A stretch of 64,000 nucleotides of DNA from Candidatus Eremiobacteria bacterium. Lineage in GTDB: Bacteria > Vulcanimicrobiota > Vulcanimicrobiia > Vulcanimicrobiales > Vulcanimicrobiaceae. The stretch is taken from positions 320,001 to 384,000 of the forward strand of contig CAVWUU010000004.1 of assembly GCA_963758295.1 (NCBI GenBank). Direction: 5' to 3'. Below are positions 1-9,538 of the stretch, piece by piece. The notes under the pieces were generated by a model, which made no database searches, was not told where the DNA came from, and saw only the letters and a list, made by a program, of their open reading frames with translations. How positions within the stretch are numbered: position 1 is the stretch's first letter; the number at the start of each line of letters is the position of its first letter. Both the position numbers and the translations under genes were made by a program.

Positions 1-2
1 AC

Positions 3-2669
3 GCTCGAGGCGCAATTGCCGGCGTCGACAAAGGGAAACCGCGCTACGATCTCAACGCGCAAATGCATTCCGCAAACCTGTCGTCCTTGGTTGCACTGGC
101 GCAACCCAAGAGCGCGAAGCTTCTCGAAGGAAGTGCTGAAGGCAGCGTTCATGTTACCGGCAGCGGCTCGGCTCCCGCGATTGCCGGGAACGTTCAGTCG
201 GCCGAAGGCGCCGTAAACGGCTTGCCTTTTCACGAATTGGACGCCAACTTCTCCGGAACGCCGGCGTCGCTCGCCATTGAAAACGGACAAGTCGGCGTAG
301 GCACAACAAACGTCCGGTTCAGCGCGGCCTATGCGCCGTCCGGAAAGCAGGTGAGGGTCCGTGCGCCGCACGCAGATCTCGCGGACTTCAATGATTTCTT
401 CGACCAGGGCGATATGCTGGCCGGAACGGGCACCGTGGCGGCGGATGCGGCGTTCGCCGGAACTTCGTCGATCGTCACGAGCGGCAACGTGGCGCTGCAT
501 TCCGCGCAACTTCGAAACTTCGCTCTTGGAGCGACGACGGCGCAGTGGGGCACCCGTGGAAACCTGATCGACACGTCGCTGGCGTTTGGCGGCACCAACG
601 GCACCGTGCGCGCGAACGGTGCACTCACGACCGCCGGCAGTATCGCCGGAATGACGCTGCACGCGCGTAACGTCAACATCGGCAATTGGGTCGCGATGAG
701 CGGCTACGCCTTGCCGGTCCCCATTACGGGAATCGCCAACGCAGACGCGCAGGTTGCGGGCCGGTTCCCCAACTTCAGTGGTTCGGTTACGGCTCACGCC
801 ATCCACGGAAGCGTCAATCGCATTCCGGTTCAGCGGGTTGACGTTGCTGCGACCCTCGAGGGACACCGGGGAACGCTGCATTCGCTCGCGGTTCAGATTC
901 CGAACGCGCGCTTGAAGGGGTCCGGAACGTTCGGCCTTCGCGAAAACGATCCGCTCGCGCTTGCATTTAATGCCCAAACGAATAACGTCGGAGCGCTCGC
1001 GCGCACGGCTACGGGGAAAGTGCTTGATGCAAGCGGCGCCGTTCAAACCAACTTAACCGTGCGCGGCACGCGACGCCAGCCGAAAATCGACGACACATTT
1101 ACGGCAAACCAACTGCGCTACGGCCGTTTGATCGTGCCGCACGCAGCGGGCGAAGTTCGCGCCGATCCGCAGACCGTGGAACTGGCGCGCACCGAGATAG
1201 ACTTGCAACGCGGCCGCGTACTGCTTTCGGGCAAAGCACCGATTTCTGCGGCGCGTAAGCAAATCGATTCTCGCAATCGCCCCATTAGGTTGGCCATGAC
1301 CGCGGACGACGTTGAGGCCTCGAACCTTGCGCCGCTGCTTCCAGACGGCACGCGCATGACGGGCCGGCTTGATGGAACCGTTACGGCGGGCGGCACAGTG
1401 CATGCGCCGCAGCTCAACGGATTACTCACGCTCGCCGGCGGCTCGTTCTCGAGTCCGATGGAAACGGTGCCGATCGAGCACCTCGGCGGACAGCTTGCGT
1501 TCGCCGGAACCTCCGCGACGTTGCGGAACCTCCACGCGTCGCTCGGACGCGGCAGTATCGACGCGGACGGCCGCGCATCGATTCCCGACGTCCATGATGC
1601 ATCGAAGGTTGCGTTGCAGTTGAATGCGCGCGCAGAAAATGCGAAAGTGGACGCGCCGCAATACGTAAAAGGCACCTTCGACGGCGACCTTCACGTGACG
1701 AAGCGTCCCGGCAGCCGTCCAATGCTCGCCGGAACCATTCAAACCAATAGCGCCCGCATTCCGCTGACCGCCTTGTACAATCCGAAACCGGCAAACGCGC
1801 CGGCTGCGACGCCGCCGGACGTCGGTCTCGGGCTGCACGTGGTTGCCGGCCGTGACGTGCGCGTGCAAAGCTCGAACGTGGACGTGGGTGCCGAAGGGTA
1901 CGTCAATGTGAACGGTACGCTTGCGTCGCCGGCACTTGCCGGAACGTTCGTGTCGACCGGCGGTACGGTCAGTTTCCTGCGCACGTTCCAGGTTCAAAGC
2001 GCTCGCGTCCATTTCGATCCGTCGAGCGGCATCATTCCCTACGTGAATGCAGTCGCGACGACGTATGTCGACGATCCGGCGACGAACGTGGCGTTAAAGG
2101 TTCATGGCCCGGCGACGGGACTGGACATCGCGTTTGCCTCGCAACCGCCTTACGATCGCGAACAAATTTTAGGCTTGTTGGTTAACGCGCAATCGATCGG
2201 AGCCGTACGGGGCGTCGCGTCAACCGGAAAGGGCGCTCCGTTCAGCGCAGGCAACGCGGTTAACGGTATCGCGCAAGGACAGCTCAACGAGCTCTTTACG
2301 CGAAATCTGTTGGAACCGTTCGACGTGGCCGCGGGCGGCGCGCTCGGCTTGCAAAACTTGCAGATCACCAACGACTTGCAAGGCGGCTTCGGCCTCAACG
2401 CCGTCAAGGCGTTCGGCAAAACGATGAGCCTCGTCTACGCCGATACGTTCAACTTGCCGCGCCGCCAAAGCCTGACGTTGCAGGCGCGCCCGTCGAATGC
2501 CCTCGACTACTCGTTGTCGATGTACAACACGCAGGGCGAGTCGCTGATGGCGCTCCAGCAGCCTTCCGCCGTTTCCGCACTCCAGAACGGCTTTGGCAAT
2601 TCGACAACCGTGCCGATGGATACGGGCGCGAACGGCTTCGACATAAAAGTGGAGAAGAGGTTCCCGTGA
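3..2669 (+). CDS. tamB: Translocation/assembly module TamB (AsmA-like, C-terminal DUF490); 5' end lies outside the window
   Basis: Frame is open from base 3; Gly/Ala-rich beta-taco repeats; DUF490-like C-terminus (GTVSFLRTF, FASQPPYDREQILGLL). Confidence 0.85.
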   Translation, partial: ARGAIAGVDKGKPRYDLNAQMHSANLSSLVALAQPKSAKLLEGSAEGSVHVTGSGSAPAIAGNVQSAEGAVNGLPFHELDANFSGTPASLAIENGQVGVGTTNVRFSAAYAPSGKQVRVRAPHADLADFNDFFDQGDMLAGTGTVAADAAFAGTSSIVTSGNVALHSAQLRNFALGATTAQWGTRGNLIDTSLAFGGTNGTVRANGALTTAGSIAGMTLHARNVNIGNWVAMSGYALPVPITGIANADAQVAGRFPNFSGSVTAHAIHGSVNRIPVQRVDVAATLEGHRGTLHSLAVQIPNARLKGSGTFGLRENDPLALAFNAQTNNVGALARTATGKVLDASGAVQTNLTVRGTRRQPKIDDTFTANQLRYGRLIVPHAAGEVRADPQTVELARTEIDLQRGRVLLSGKAPISAARKQIDSRNRPIRLAMTADDVEASNLAPLLPDGTRMTGRLDGTVTAGGTVHAPQLNGLLTLAGGSFSSPMETVPIEHLGGQLAFAGTSATLRNLHASLGRGSIDADGRASIPDVHDASKVALQLNARAENAKVDAPQYVKGTFDGDLHVTKRPGSRPMLAGTIQTNSARIPLTALYNPKPANAPAATPPDVGLGLHVVAGRDVRVQSSNVDVGAEGYVNVNGTLASPALAGTFVSTGGTVSFLRTFQVQSARVHFDPSSGIIPYVNAVATTYVDDPATNVALKVHGPATGLDIAFASQPPYDREQILGLLVNAQSIGAVRGVASTGKGAPFSAGNAVNGIAQGQLNELFTRNLLEPFDVAAGGALGLQNLQITNDLQGGFGLNAVKAFGKTMSLVYADTFNLPRRQSLTLQARPSNALDYSLSMYNTQGESLMALQQPSAVSALQNGFGNSTTVPMDTGANGFDIKVEKRFP

Positions 2670-3748
2670 AACGGCTTGCCTTAGCGATCGCGGTGGCGGT
2701 ATTAGCCGGTTGCAGCGCAAGCGCGAAACCTGCGCACGACTCGTCCGTTGCCCCACCCGTCAATGGACCTGCCGCCCGCGTGGACGAAGCCGCGCTCATG
2801 CGGATGCATCCCTTTGCGGCCGTAGTCGCCCAGCTAGACATGGATATCGCAACGCTCAACGCCACGCGAACCGGCGGCTTGAGCGCGGCGGGAAATGCCA
2901 TGGTGAAGAGCCGCTCGATTCTTCAGGCACAACTCGGCAATGCCGAGAACCGCGCGCGCAGCATGGACGTTGCACCTCCGGCGCGGATCCACGCCGCCCC
3001 GATAACGAGCGCGCAGCTTTCCACGCCGGAAGCCGTTGCGTCGTATCAGTCGGCGTTGAACGACCGCATGAACCGCGCGGCGGCACTGCGTGAAGCGCAG
3101 TTCCGCGAGAAAGAAGCCACGGTCGACTACCAATTCGATCGCGCGCATGCGGGTCAGCGGCTGCGTTTGGGTTTGCGGTTGCACTCGCCTTATCTCGACG
3201 CGAATGCGAAGCGCTCGATTCAAGCGCAGCTCGACGAACTCAACGCGCAAGAACGGCGCCTCGTGGAAAGGCAACGGGCAATGGATGCGTCGCAACTGGC
3301 GCAGTTCCGGGCGAGGTTACAGGGCGATGGAGAAAGACAGCTAGCATCGATGCAGCGAGATATGCAGCGCCACCAAGCAGCCGTTGCAAAAATCCCCCAA
3401 CCGAGCAATACCGTCGTTGCCCGCGCCGAAGCAATTCCATCGCACACCGACAAGCAGAAAACCGCGGCGGCGTTCGCTCAGGCGAACGAAGACCTCTCCG
3501 CACGCTTTACTCAATTGCATGACTGGAATGCCGGCGCCGCATCGTCGGTTCAACAGGAAGTCGCTGCGCTTGAAACCGAGCGCAACCGCCTCTCGACCGA
3601 AATGCGGGCGCAAATTGAAGCCCAAGCACAACGCATCGCCCGTGAGCGAGGCCTTGGCCGCGTCTATACGAGCGCGGCACCGGCCGGTGCAACCGATCTG
3701 ACGCACGATGTAGCGGCGTCGCTGGAACGATTTCGAGGTCGAACATAA
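2666..3748 (+). CDS. Lipoprotein with Skp/OmpH-like ends and a long coiled coil
   Basis: Lipobox LAGC; VDEAALMRMHP and IARERGLGRV...DLTHDV resemble the Skp head strands; GTGA overlap with tamB. Confidence 0.6.
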   Translation: MKRLALAIAVAVLAGCSASAKPAHDSSVAPPVNGPAARVDEAALMRMHPFAAVVAQLDMDIATLNATRTGGLSAAGNAMVKSRSILQAQLGNAENRARSMDVAPPARIHAAPITSAQLSTPEAVASYQSALNDRMNRAAALREAQFREKEATVDYQFDRAHAGQRLRLGLRLHSPYLDANAKRSIQAQLDELNAQERRLVERQRAMDASQLAQFRARLQGDGERQLASMQRDMQRHQAAVAKIPQPSNTVVARAEAIPSHTDKQKTAAAFAQANEDLSARFTQLHDWNAGAASSVQQEVAALETERNRLSTEMRAQIEAQAQRIARERGLGRVYTSAAPAGATDLTHDVAASLERFRGRT

Positions 3749-3769
3749 CGGTCCGGAGTATTGGGCCGT

Positions 3770-4513
3770 ATGATCCGTAGCGACGGGCGGCGCCCCGACG
3801 AACTTCGCCCGGTTTCCATCGAACCGGGCTTTCTCAAATATGCCGAAGGCAGCGCGTTGATCAGCGTTGGCAATACACGCGTGCTTTGCGCCGCGTCGAT
3901 CGAAGATAAGGTCCCGCAATGGATGAAGGGCCGCGGCGTAGGCTGGGTTACGGCGGAGTACTCGATGCTGCCGCGCGCAACGCAAGAGCGCACGCAGCGT
4001 GAGGCCTCGAAAGGGCGCGTCGGGGGCCGGACGCATGAAATTCAGCGCATCATCGGGCGCGCGCTTCGAGCCGTAACCGATATGGCGAAGCTCGGCGAGC
4101 GAACCGTATGGATCGATTGCGACGTTCTGCAGGCCGACGGCGGCACGCGAACCGCCTCGGTAACCGGAGCGTATGTCGCCCTCGCGATGGCGCTCGCGCA
4201 GACGTCGGCTTATCCGGGCGCGAAGTGGCCGCTCACCGGTGCGATCGCGGCAACGAGCGTCGGTATCGTCCAGGGTGTCCCGCTGCTGGACCTCGCCTAC
4301 GACGAAGACAGTCGCGCGCACACCGACATGAACGTGTTTATGACCGACGCCGGTCGATTCGTCGAGCTGCAGGGCACCGCGGAAGCGGCCCCGTTCGATC
4401 GCGCGGAATTGGACCGGCTGCTGGCACTTGCGGAACTTGGTATCAACGACCTTTTCGAAATGCAGCGTCAAGCACTCTCAACCGCGGGCGTTCCGGCGGT
4501 GAGCCGTGTCTGA
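3770..4513 (+). CDS. rph: Ribonuclease PH
   Basis: [50 protein letters not shown]. Confidence 0.97.
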   Translation: MIRSDGRRPDELRPVSIEPGFLKYAEGSALISVGNTRVLCAASIEDKVPQWMKGRGVGWVTAEYSMLPRATQERTQREASKGRVGGRTHEIQRIIGRALRAVTDMAKLGERTVWIDCDVLQADGGTRTASVTGAYVALAMALAQTSAYPGAKWPLTGAIAATSVGIVQGVPLLDLAYDEDSRAHTDMNVFMTDAGRFVELQGTAEAAPFDRAELDRLLALAELGINDLFEMQRQALSTAGVPAVSRV

Positions 4514-4844
4514 CGATCGCTATGCGGCGTTAATCGACCGCGTCGGTCAATTCCACCTCACCGAGCGGACGATGAAGCAAGCGCAAACAGAAGCGGAACG
4601 CCGCCTTCGTGACGGCACATTGGATGAAAAGGCACGCGAGAAGTACCTCCAGGCCGTTCGGAAGTATTTCAGCGGGTTTGAAAAGGAAGCACGAACGCAT
4701 CTGCGAGACGTGGATCGCCGTTTGGAAAATCTCAATCAGGTGCAGTTCAATTTGAACGCCGAACGCGGGGTAGCCGTCAAACGCATCGAGGCGACGCAGT
4801 CGGTACTTGCCGACCTCGCGGCAATGGAGCAGCCCACGGCATGA
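4506..4844 (+). CDS. Hypothetical coiled-coil protein
   Basis: 112-aa ORF overlapping both rph and mlaE. Confidence 0.7.
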   Translation: MSDDRYAALIDRVGQFHLTERTMKQAQTEAERRLRDGTLDEKAREKYLQAVRKYFSGFEKEARTHLRDVDRRLENLNQVQFNLNAERGVAVKRIEATQSVLADLAAMEQPTA

Positions 4845-5620
4845 AAATGCTGGACCGCTTCGGACGCGCCACCGTTGGGTTTCTGGAGTATACGGGCGGT
4901 TTAACGATTCTCGCGAGCGAGTCCGGCGGATTTTTATTCCGTCTGAAGATTCGGTTTCTCGAAACGATCAATCAGTGTTACTTCTTGGGCGTGCAATCGA
5001 CGTCGATCGTCCTGCTAACCTCGCTCTTTACCGGAATGGTGATTTCGCTCGAGTCGGCGGTTCAGGCCGTGCAGTTCGGCGTCGGCAGCCTCGTCGGCGG
5101 CGCGGTTGCCTTCGCGTCCGTTCGCGAGCTCGGGCCCATGCTCACTGCCGTTGTCGTTGCGGGACGCGTGGGATCGGCGATCGCGGCGGAACTCGGCTCG
5201 ATGGTGGTGACGGAACAAATTGAGGCGCTCACGTCCATGGGCCTGGAGCCGCCGCGCTTTTTGGTCGTGCCTCGCATGCTGGCCCTCGTCGTGATGTTGC
5301 CGTTGTTAACGATCTTCGGCGACGTCGTTTCGATCGGCGGCGGTATGTGGATCGCTCAGACGTACGCCCACATTTCGAACGATACGTTCATTGCATCCGC
5401 TCGACAGGCCATCGGCTTCGAAGACGTCGTAAAGGGCCTTTCAAAGGCCGTTGTTTTTGCTCTGATCATTTCGCTCGTCGGGTCATTCCAGGGGTTGCGT
5501 ACGCGCGGCGGCGCCGCGGGCGTGGGTGAATCCACGACGGGCGCAGTCGTCATTTCCATCATCTCGATCTTCGTTTCCAACTTCATTCTGTCGTTCGTCC
5601 TTTTCGGCGGGAATCACTGA
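4841..5620 (+). CDS. mlaE: MlaE-family ABC permease
   Basis: RELGPMLTAVVVAGRVGSAIAAELGSM..TEQIEAL, GGAAGVG. Confidence 0.95.
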   Translation: MKMLDRFGRATVGFLEYTGGLTILASESGGFLFRLKIRFLETINQCYFLGVQSTSIVLLTSLFTGMVISLESAVQAVQFGVGSLVGGAVAFASVRELGPMLTAVVVAGRVGSAIAAELGSMVVTEQIEALTSMGLEPPRFLVVPRMLALVVMLPLLTIFGDVVSIGGGMWIAQTYAHISNDTFIASARQAIGFEDVVKGLSKAVVFALIISLVGSFQGLRTRGGAAGVGESTTGAVVISIISIFVSNFILSFVLFGGNH

Positions 5621-6375
5621 TGCCCGACGTCATTGCGAAGCTCGACGACGTCTCGCTATACTACGGCGATCGCGTGGTCCTGAAAAACTGCAACCTGGAC
5701 ATCGTGAAAGGCGCGATTACGTGCATCATCGGCCTTTCAGGCGCCGGCAAGTCCACGATTTTGCGTTTACTGGATGGATTGCGCAAGCCTGACGAAGGGC
5801 ACGTGTACGTCGGCGATCACGATGTCTGTCACATGCCGGAAGATAAGTTGAACGAGGTGCGGCGCGCGATCAGTTTGTCGTTTCAATTCGCTGCGTTGCT
5901 GGACAGCATGACCGTTGGCGAAAATGTCGCGCTTCCGCTTCGCGAACATACCAATCTCGCTGATGCGAAGATTCGGCAGATCGTGATCGACGCGCTGGAC
6001 AGCGTCGGCCTCGCGCATACTTACGACAACCTCCCGAGCGAACTCTCCGGCGGCATGTTGAAGCGCGCCGGCTTCGCCCGGGCCATTGTCACACGTCCCG
6101 ACCTGGTGCTTTACGACGAACCGACGACCGGATTGGATCCGATCGTCACCCATTTGATCACCGACACGATCGTGCGGCTGCGCAAGAAACTTAACGGCAC
6201 GGCGGTGGTTATCTCGCACGACCTCCAGTCGATCTTTCTGATGGCGGATTACGTGGCAATGCTTTTTGAAGGCGCAATCATCGCGTACGGCACCTGCGAC
6301 GAAATAAAACATTCCGCAAACCCCATCGTCCAACAGTTCTTGGAGGGGTCGGAAGTAGGCCCGATTCCCATTTGA
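5620..6375 (+). CDS. mlaF: MlaF-family ABC ATPase
   Basis: Walker A GLSGAGKS, ELSGGMLKR, LYDEPTTGLDP. Confidence 0.93.
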   Translation: MPDVIAKLDDVSLYYGDRVVLKNCNLDIVKGAITCIIGLSGAGKSTILRLLDGLRKPDEGHVYVGDHDVCHMPEDKLNEVRRAISLSFQFAALLDSMTVGENVALPLREHTNLADAKIRQIVIDALDSVGLAHTYDNLPSELSGGMLKRAGFARAIVTRPDLVLYDEPTTGLDPIVTHLITDTIVRLRKKLNGTAVVISHDLQSIFLMADYVAMLFEGAIIAYGTCDEIKHSANPIVQQFLEGSEVGPIPI

Positions 6376-6448
6376 ACGGCGTTCGAATGGGTCGTCATTC
6401 CTATCGTTAAACGAGGCACTTTCAAGCGGGAGCGATAAGTAGCCGATT

Positions 6449-8074
6449 ATGACCAGGCAAGCTCAGGTTGGAGCGTTTGCGATCCTCGCGCTGTTGCTGC
6501 TCTTCGGCGTGTTTTACGTGATCACCGATTTCGGAACTCGCCATACCGGCTACCGTGTAGGCATCCATTTTCAATCGGCTGCGGGCCTCCATTCGGGCGC
6601 TCTGGTTTTCTTTAGCGGCGTCGGCGTCGGTTCGGTTGATTCCATCACGCTTCTACCGGACAATACCGTCGACGTGATTCTCGCCATCAATCGTGACGTT
6701 GACATTCCGCGCGATTCCCGGTTCTTGATTCAGGCGCCGTTGACCGGCGATCCCAATCTCGTCATCGTTCCCCCGGTACCAAGGCCTAAGCCGAGCGGTA
6801 TAGCCGGACCAACGCCCGCCCCGCCGGCCGTTGCGGTTCTCGAGCGTCGCGTTTTGCCCGTCGACGAACAGCCGCAAGGGACGAACACGGCCACCATAGC
6901 GGACTTGCTCGAACAAGGCCAAGGCGAAATCAAAAAGCTTGACGCGATGATGGCCGATTTGGCGGCGCGCGAACCGAAGCTGCTCGATACGCTGCAAAGC
7001 ACAATGGACAACGCCAACGCGCTGACCGTTACGATGAAGTCGACGGTCACGTCGATGGCTTCCGAGCTGCAGTCAAGTCTCGGACAGGCGAGCCGCAACA
7101 TCGTCGCGCTCACCGGCACCCTCAACGATACGACGCAGTTGAATTCGCACCGCATAAGCGACATGCTCGTCCAGTTCGACGACGCTTCGCGTGCGCTCAA
7201 CGTGTCGATGAATTCGCTCCAACAGCTGGCGACGAACAAAGGTCTCAAAGGCAACCTTCTCGCCACGACCAAGAACATCGCAGATACGACGCAAAATATC
7301 GCCGACCTCACGCGAGACTTCCGGTCGGTAACCGGCGATCCACAAACGCAGGCGCAGATCAAGAACACGATCGCCAATCTCGATGCGACCATGCAGCGCG
7401 CGAATTCGCTCCTGGGCGAGCTCGGCGGTACCAGCAGCGTGTATGGCATCGACCAAAACGCGACGCCCTATCCGCTGGCAAGCGGCAGCCCCGGCATCAC
7501 CGTTCCCGGGAGGCCGGCTCCCGAAGGCTCGGTTTCCGGCTCGCCCGTACCCGGGGCAACGCCGTACCCAATGAAAAAGAACGGTGGACTTACGGCCAAG
7601 CAGATTGAGCTCAAGCAGCGTCTGGATTCCATCGCTCGTAACCTCGTCGCGATTCAAATTCGCATGAGCGGCCTTTCTGCACAGAAGACGTGCTGTGCGA
7701 ACGCCCTGCTGAGTTCCGATCGCGGGCCGCAAACCGATATCAACGCAGTGCTCTTTCCGCGCTCGAAGACGAGCGTGTTGCTCGGCGCAAACGACATCGG
7801 TCATTACGCCACGACCAATGCCGCCCTGTTGGAATCGATCAGTCCACAGGTCCGGTTGGGCGGCGGCGTGCTGTATTCACGGCTCGGCGTGTTAGGCCAA
7901 TACAACGCCTCGCTTTTCGGAGTCGAAGGCCGTTTGTACGATCCCCGGCGCCCGACACTGGACCTGTACGGAAATCTCAATCTCACGCACGGCCTGCAGC
8001 TATTCGTGGGACAACGCGACATCAATCATTCGGAACGCCGCACGGTGTACGGCATTCAAGCGCAATTTCCATAG
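6449..8074 (+). CDS. mlaD: Long MlaD/MCE protein with helical stalk and beta-rich C-terminus
   Basis: N-terminal TM plus MCE motif (AGLHSGALVFFSGVGVGSV), heptad-rich middle, amphipathic beta strands at the C-terminus. Confidence 0.9.
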   Translation: MTRQAQVGAFAILALLLLFGVFYVITDFGTRHTGYRVGIHFQSAAGLHSGALVFFSGVGVGSVDSITLLPDNTVDVILAINRDVDIPRDSRFLIQAPLTGDPNLVIVPPVPRPKPSGIAGPTPAPPAVAVLERRVLPVDEQPQGTNTATIADLLEQGQGEIKKLDAMMADLAAREPKLLDTLQSTMDNANALTVTMKSTVTSMASELQSSLGQASRNIVALTGTLNDTTQLNSHRISDMLVQFDDASRALNVSMNSLQQLATNKGLKGNLLATTKNIADTTQNIADLTRDFRSVTGDPQTQAQIKNTIANLDATMQRANSLLGELGGTSSVYGIDQNATPYPLASGSPGITVPGRPAPEGSVSGSPVPGATPYPMKKNGGLTAKQIELKQRLDSIARNLVAIQIRMSGLSAQKTCCANALLSSDRGPQTDINAVLFPRSKTSVLLGANDIGHYATTNAALLESISPQVRLGGGVLYSRLGVLGQYNASLFGVEGRLYDPRRPTLDLYGNLNLTHGLQLFVGQRDINHSERRTVYGIQAQFP

Positions 8075-8087
8075 TGGTGAGTACAAG

Positions 8088-9020
8088 GTGAACGACGGAA
8101 AACTGAAGGTAGGCATCATCGGAGCCGGGTCGATGGGCACCCTGTTCGGATTCCATCTCGCGCAAACGTGCGACGTGACGATGCTCGACACGAACGACGA
8201 GTTACTGAGCGTTATCGAGCGCGAGGGCTTGAGCGTCAACGATGCGGATGCACGCAGAGTTGCCGTATCCCGCCGCCCGCGCGAACTCTACAATTCACAA
8301 GTGCTTTTTCTTTTCGTCAAGGCGGTTGACACGCTGCGCGCGTTGCGGCCCTTTGCCGGCGAGCTCAATCCGGCCACGCCGATCGTTTCGTTGCAAAACG
8401 GGGTGGGGAACGAAGATGCCATCAAGACGGCTCTCGGCGGAGCGGTGCCCGTGTTGCTCGGAATCACGACGGAGTCGTCGCTAACGACGGGTCCCGGACG
8501 CGTGCGCAGTTCCAAAGAAGGCAATACGATCCTCGGATCCACGTCGGCCGCGCCCGCCACGTCGCGCACGATCGCCGATCTGCTTACAAGCAGCGATCTG
8601 CGTACGTCGGTGGTCTATGACATCCGCCCGCATCTCTGGGGCAAGCTCGTGGCAAACGCGGCCATCAACGCCCTCTCGGCGCTGCTCGATTGCGACGCCG
8701 GCGACATCGTGAAGGATGCGAATGCGGCGCATTTGGCGGAAGCATTGGCGGAGGAAGCTGCTGCCGTTGCGTCTGCGTTAAAAATCAATCTTCCATTCGC
8801 GAATCCGTGGCAGTACGTGACCCAAGTTATCGCCGTCGGCGCCGACTCGCGCAGTTCGATGGCGTTCGACCTGCAATCCGGCCATCCGAGCGAAATCGAT
8901 CATATCAATGGCGCCGTCGTCGCCTTTGGCCGGCGCACCGGCGTGCCAACGCCGTACAACGACGCGATGGTTCGCCTGATCAAGTCGAAGGAGTCGCTCG
9001 CAGCCATAAACCGCAAATGA
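8088..9020 (+). CDS. panE: 2-dehydropantoate 2-reductase
   Basis: GAGSMG, VKA, LQNGVG, WGKLVANAAIN, SSM, EIDHING. Confidence 0.93.
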   Translation: MNDGKLKVGIIGAGSMGTLFGFHLAQTCDVTMLDTNDELLSVIEREGLSVNDADARRVAVSRRPRELYNSQVLFLFVKAVDTLRALRPFAGELNPATPIVSLQNGVGNEDAIKTALGGAVPVLLGITTESSLTTGPGRVRSSKEGNTILGSTSAAPATSRTIADLLTSSDLRTSVVYDIRPHLWGKLVANAAINALSALLDCDAGDIVKDANAAHLAEALAEEAAAVASALKINLPFANPWQYVTQVIAVGADSRSSMAFDLQSGHPSEIDHINGAVVAFGRRTGVPTPYNDAMVRLIKSKESLAAINRK

Positions 9021-9538
9021 GCACCGTTCTTATTACCGACCGGCTGGTGCTGCGTCATTTGGAGCAACGAGACTTCGATTCGCTCTATGCGCTCTTCAAC
9101 GATCCGCAAGTAATGCGCTACTATCCTTCGACGCGCGATCGCAAAGAAACGCAGGCCTGGATGGACTGGGTTTTCGATCAATACGATCGATACGGGTACG
9201 GCCTTTTTGCGGTGGAACACGTGGATACCGGCGAGTTCGTCGGACAGGTCGGAATCATCCGCCAAGATTGGGACGGGCGCATCGATTTGGAAGTCGGGTA
9301 CATGCTGGCTCGAAAGTTTTGGGGCAACGGCTACGCCACCGAAGCCGCGCGCGCGGCGCGTGATTATGCCTTCGCACGCTTCCATCCCGATCGCGTCGTG
9401 TCGTTCATCCGGCCGGAAAACAAACGTTCGCAAGAAGTCGCCAAGCGCAACGGCATGCGCGTGTTGAATCGCATCAAACACCCGCGCTTGGGCTTGGACC
9501 TCGAGGTTTGGGGTTTGTACGCCAACACTGCGCGATGA
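9017..9538 (+). CDS. RimJ/RimL-type GNAT N-acetyltransferase
   Basis: TDRLVLR, EVGYML, WGNGYATEAARA, ENKRSQ; ATGA overlap with panE. Confidence 0.9.
   Translation: MSTVLITDRLVLRHLEQRDFDSLYALFNDPQVMRYYPSTRDRKETQAWMDWVFDQYDRYGYGLFAVEHVDTGEFVGQVGIIRQDWDGRIDLEVGYMLARKFWGNGYATEAARAARDYAFARFHPDRVVSFIRPENKRSQEVAKRNGMRVLNRIKHPRLGLDLEVWGLYANTAR

Noticed and set aside
3341..4471. Long antisense ORFs such as the 376-aa ORF opposite rph
   Set aside because: Typical shadow ORFs of GC-rich coding DNA
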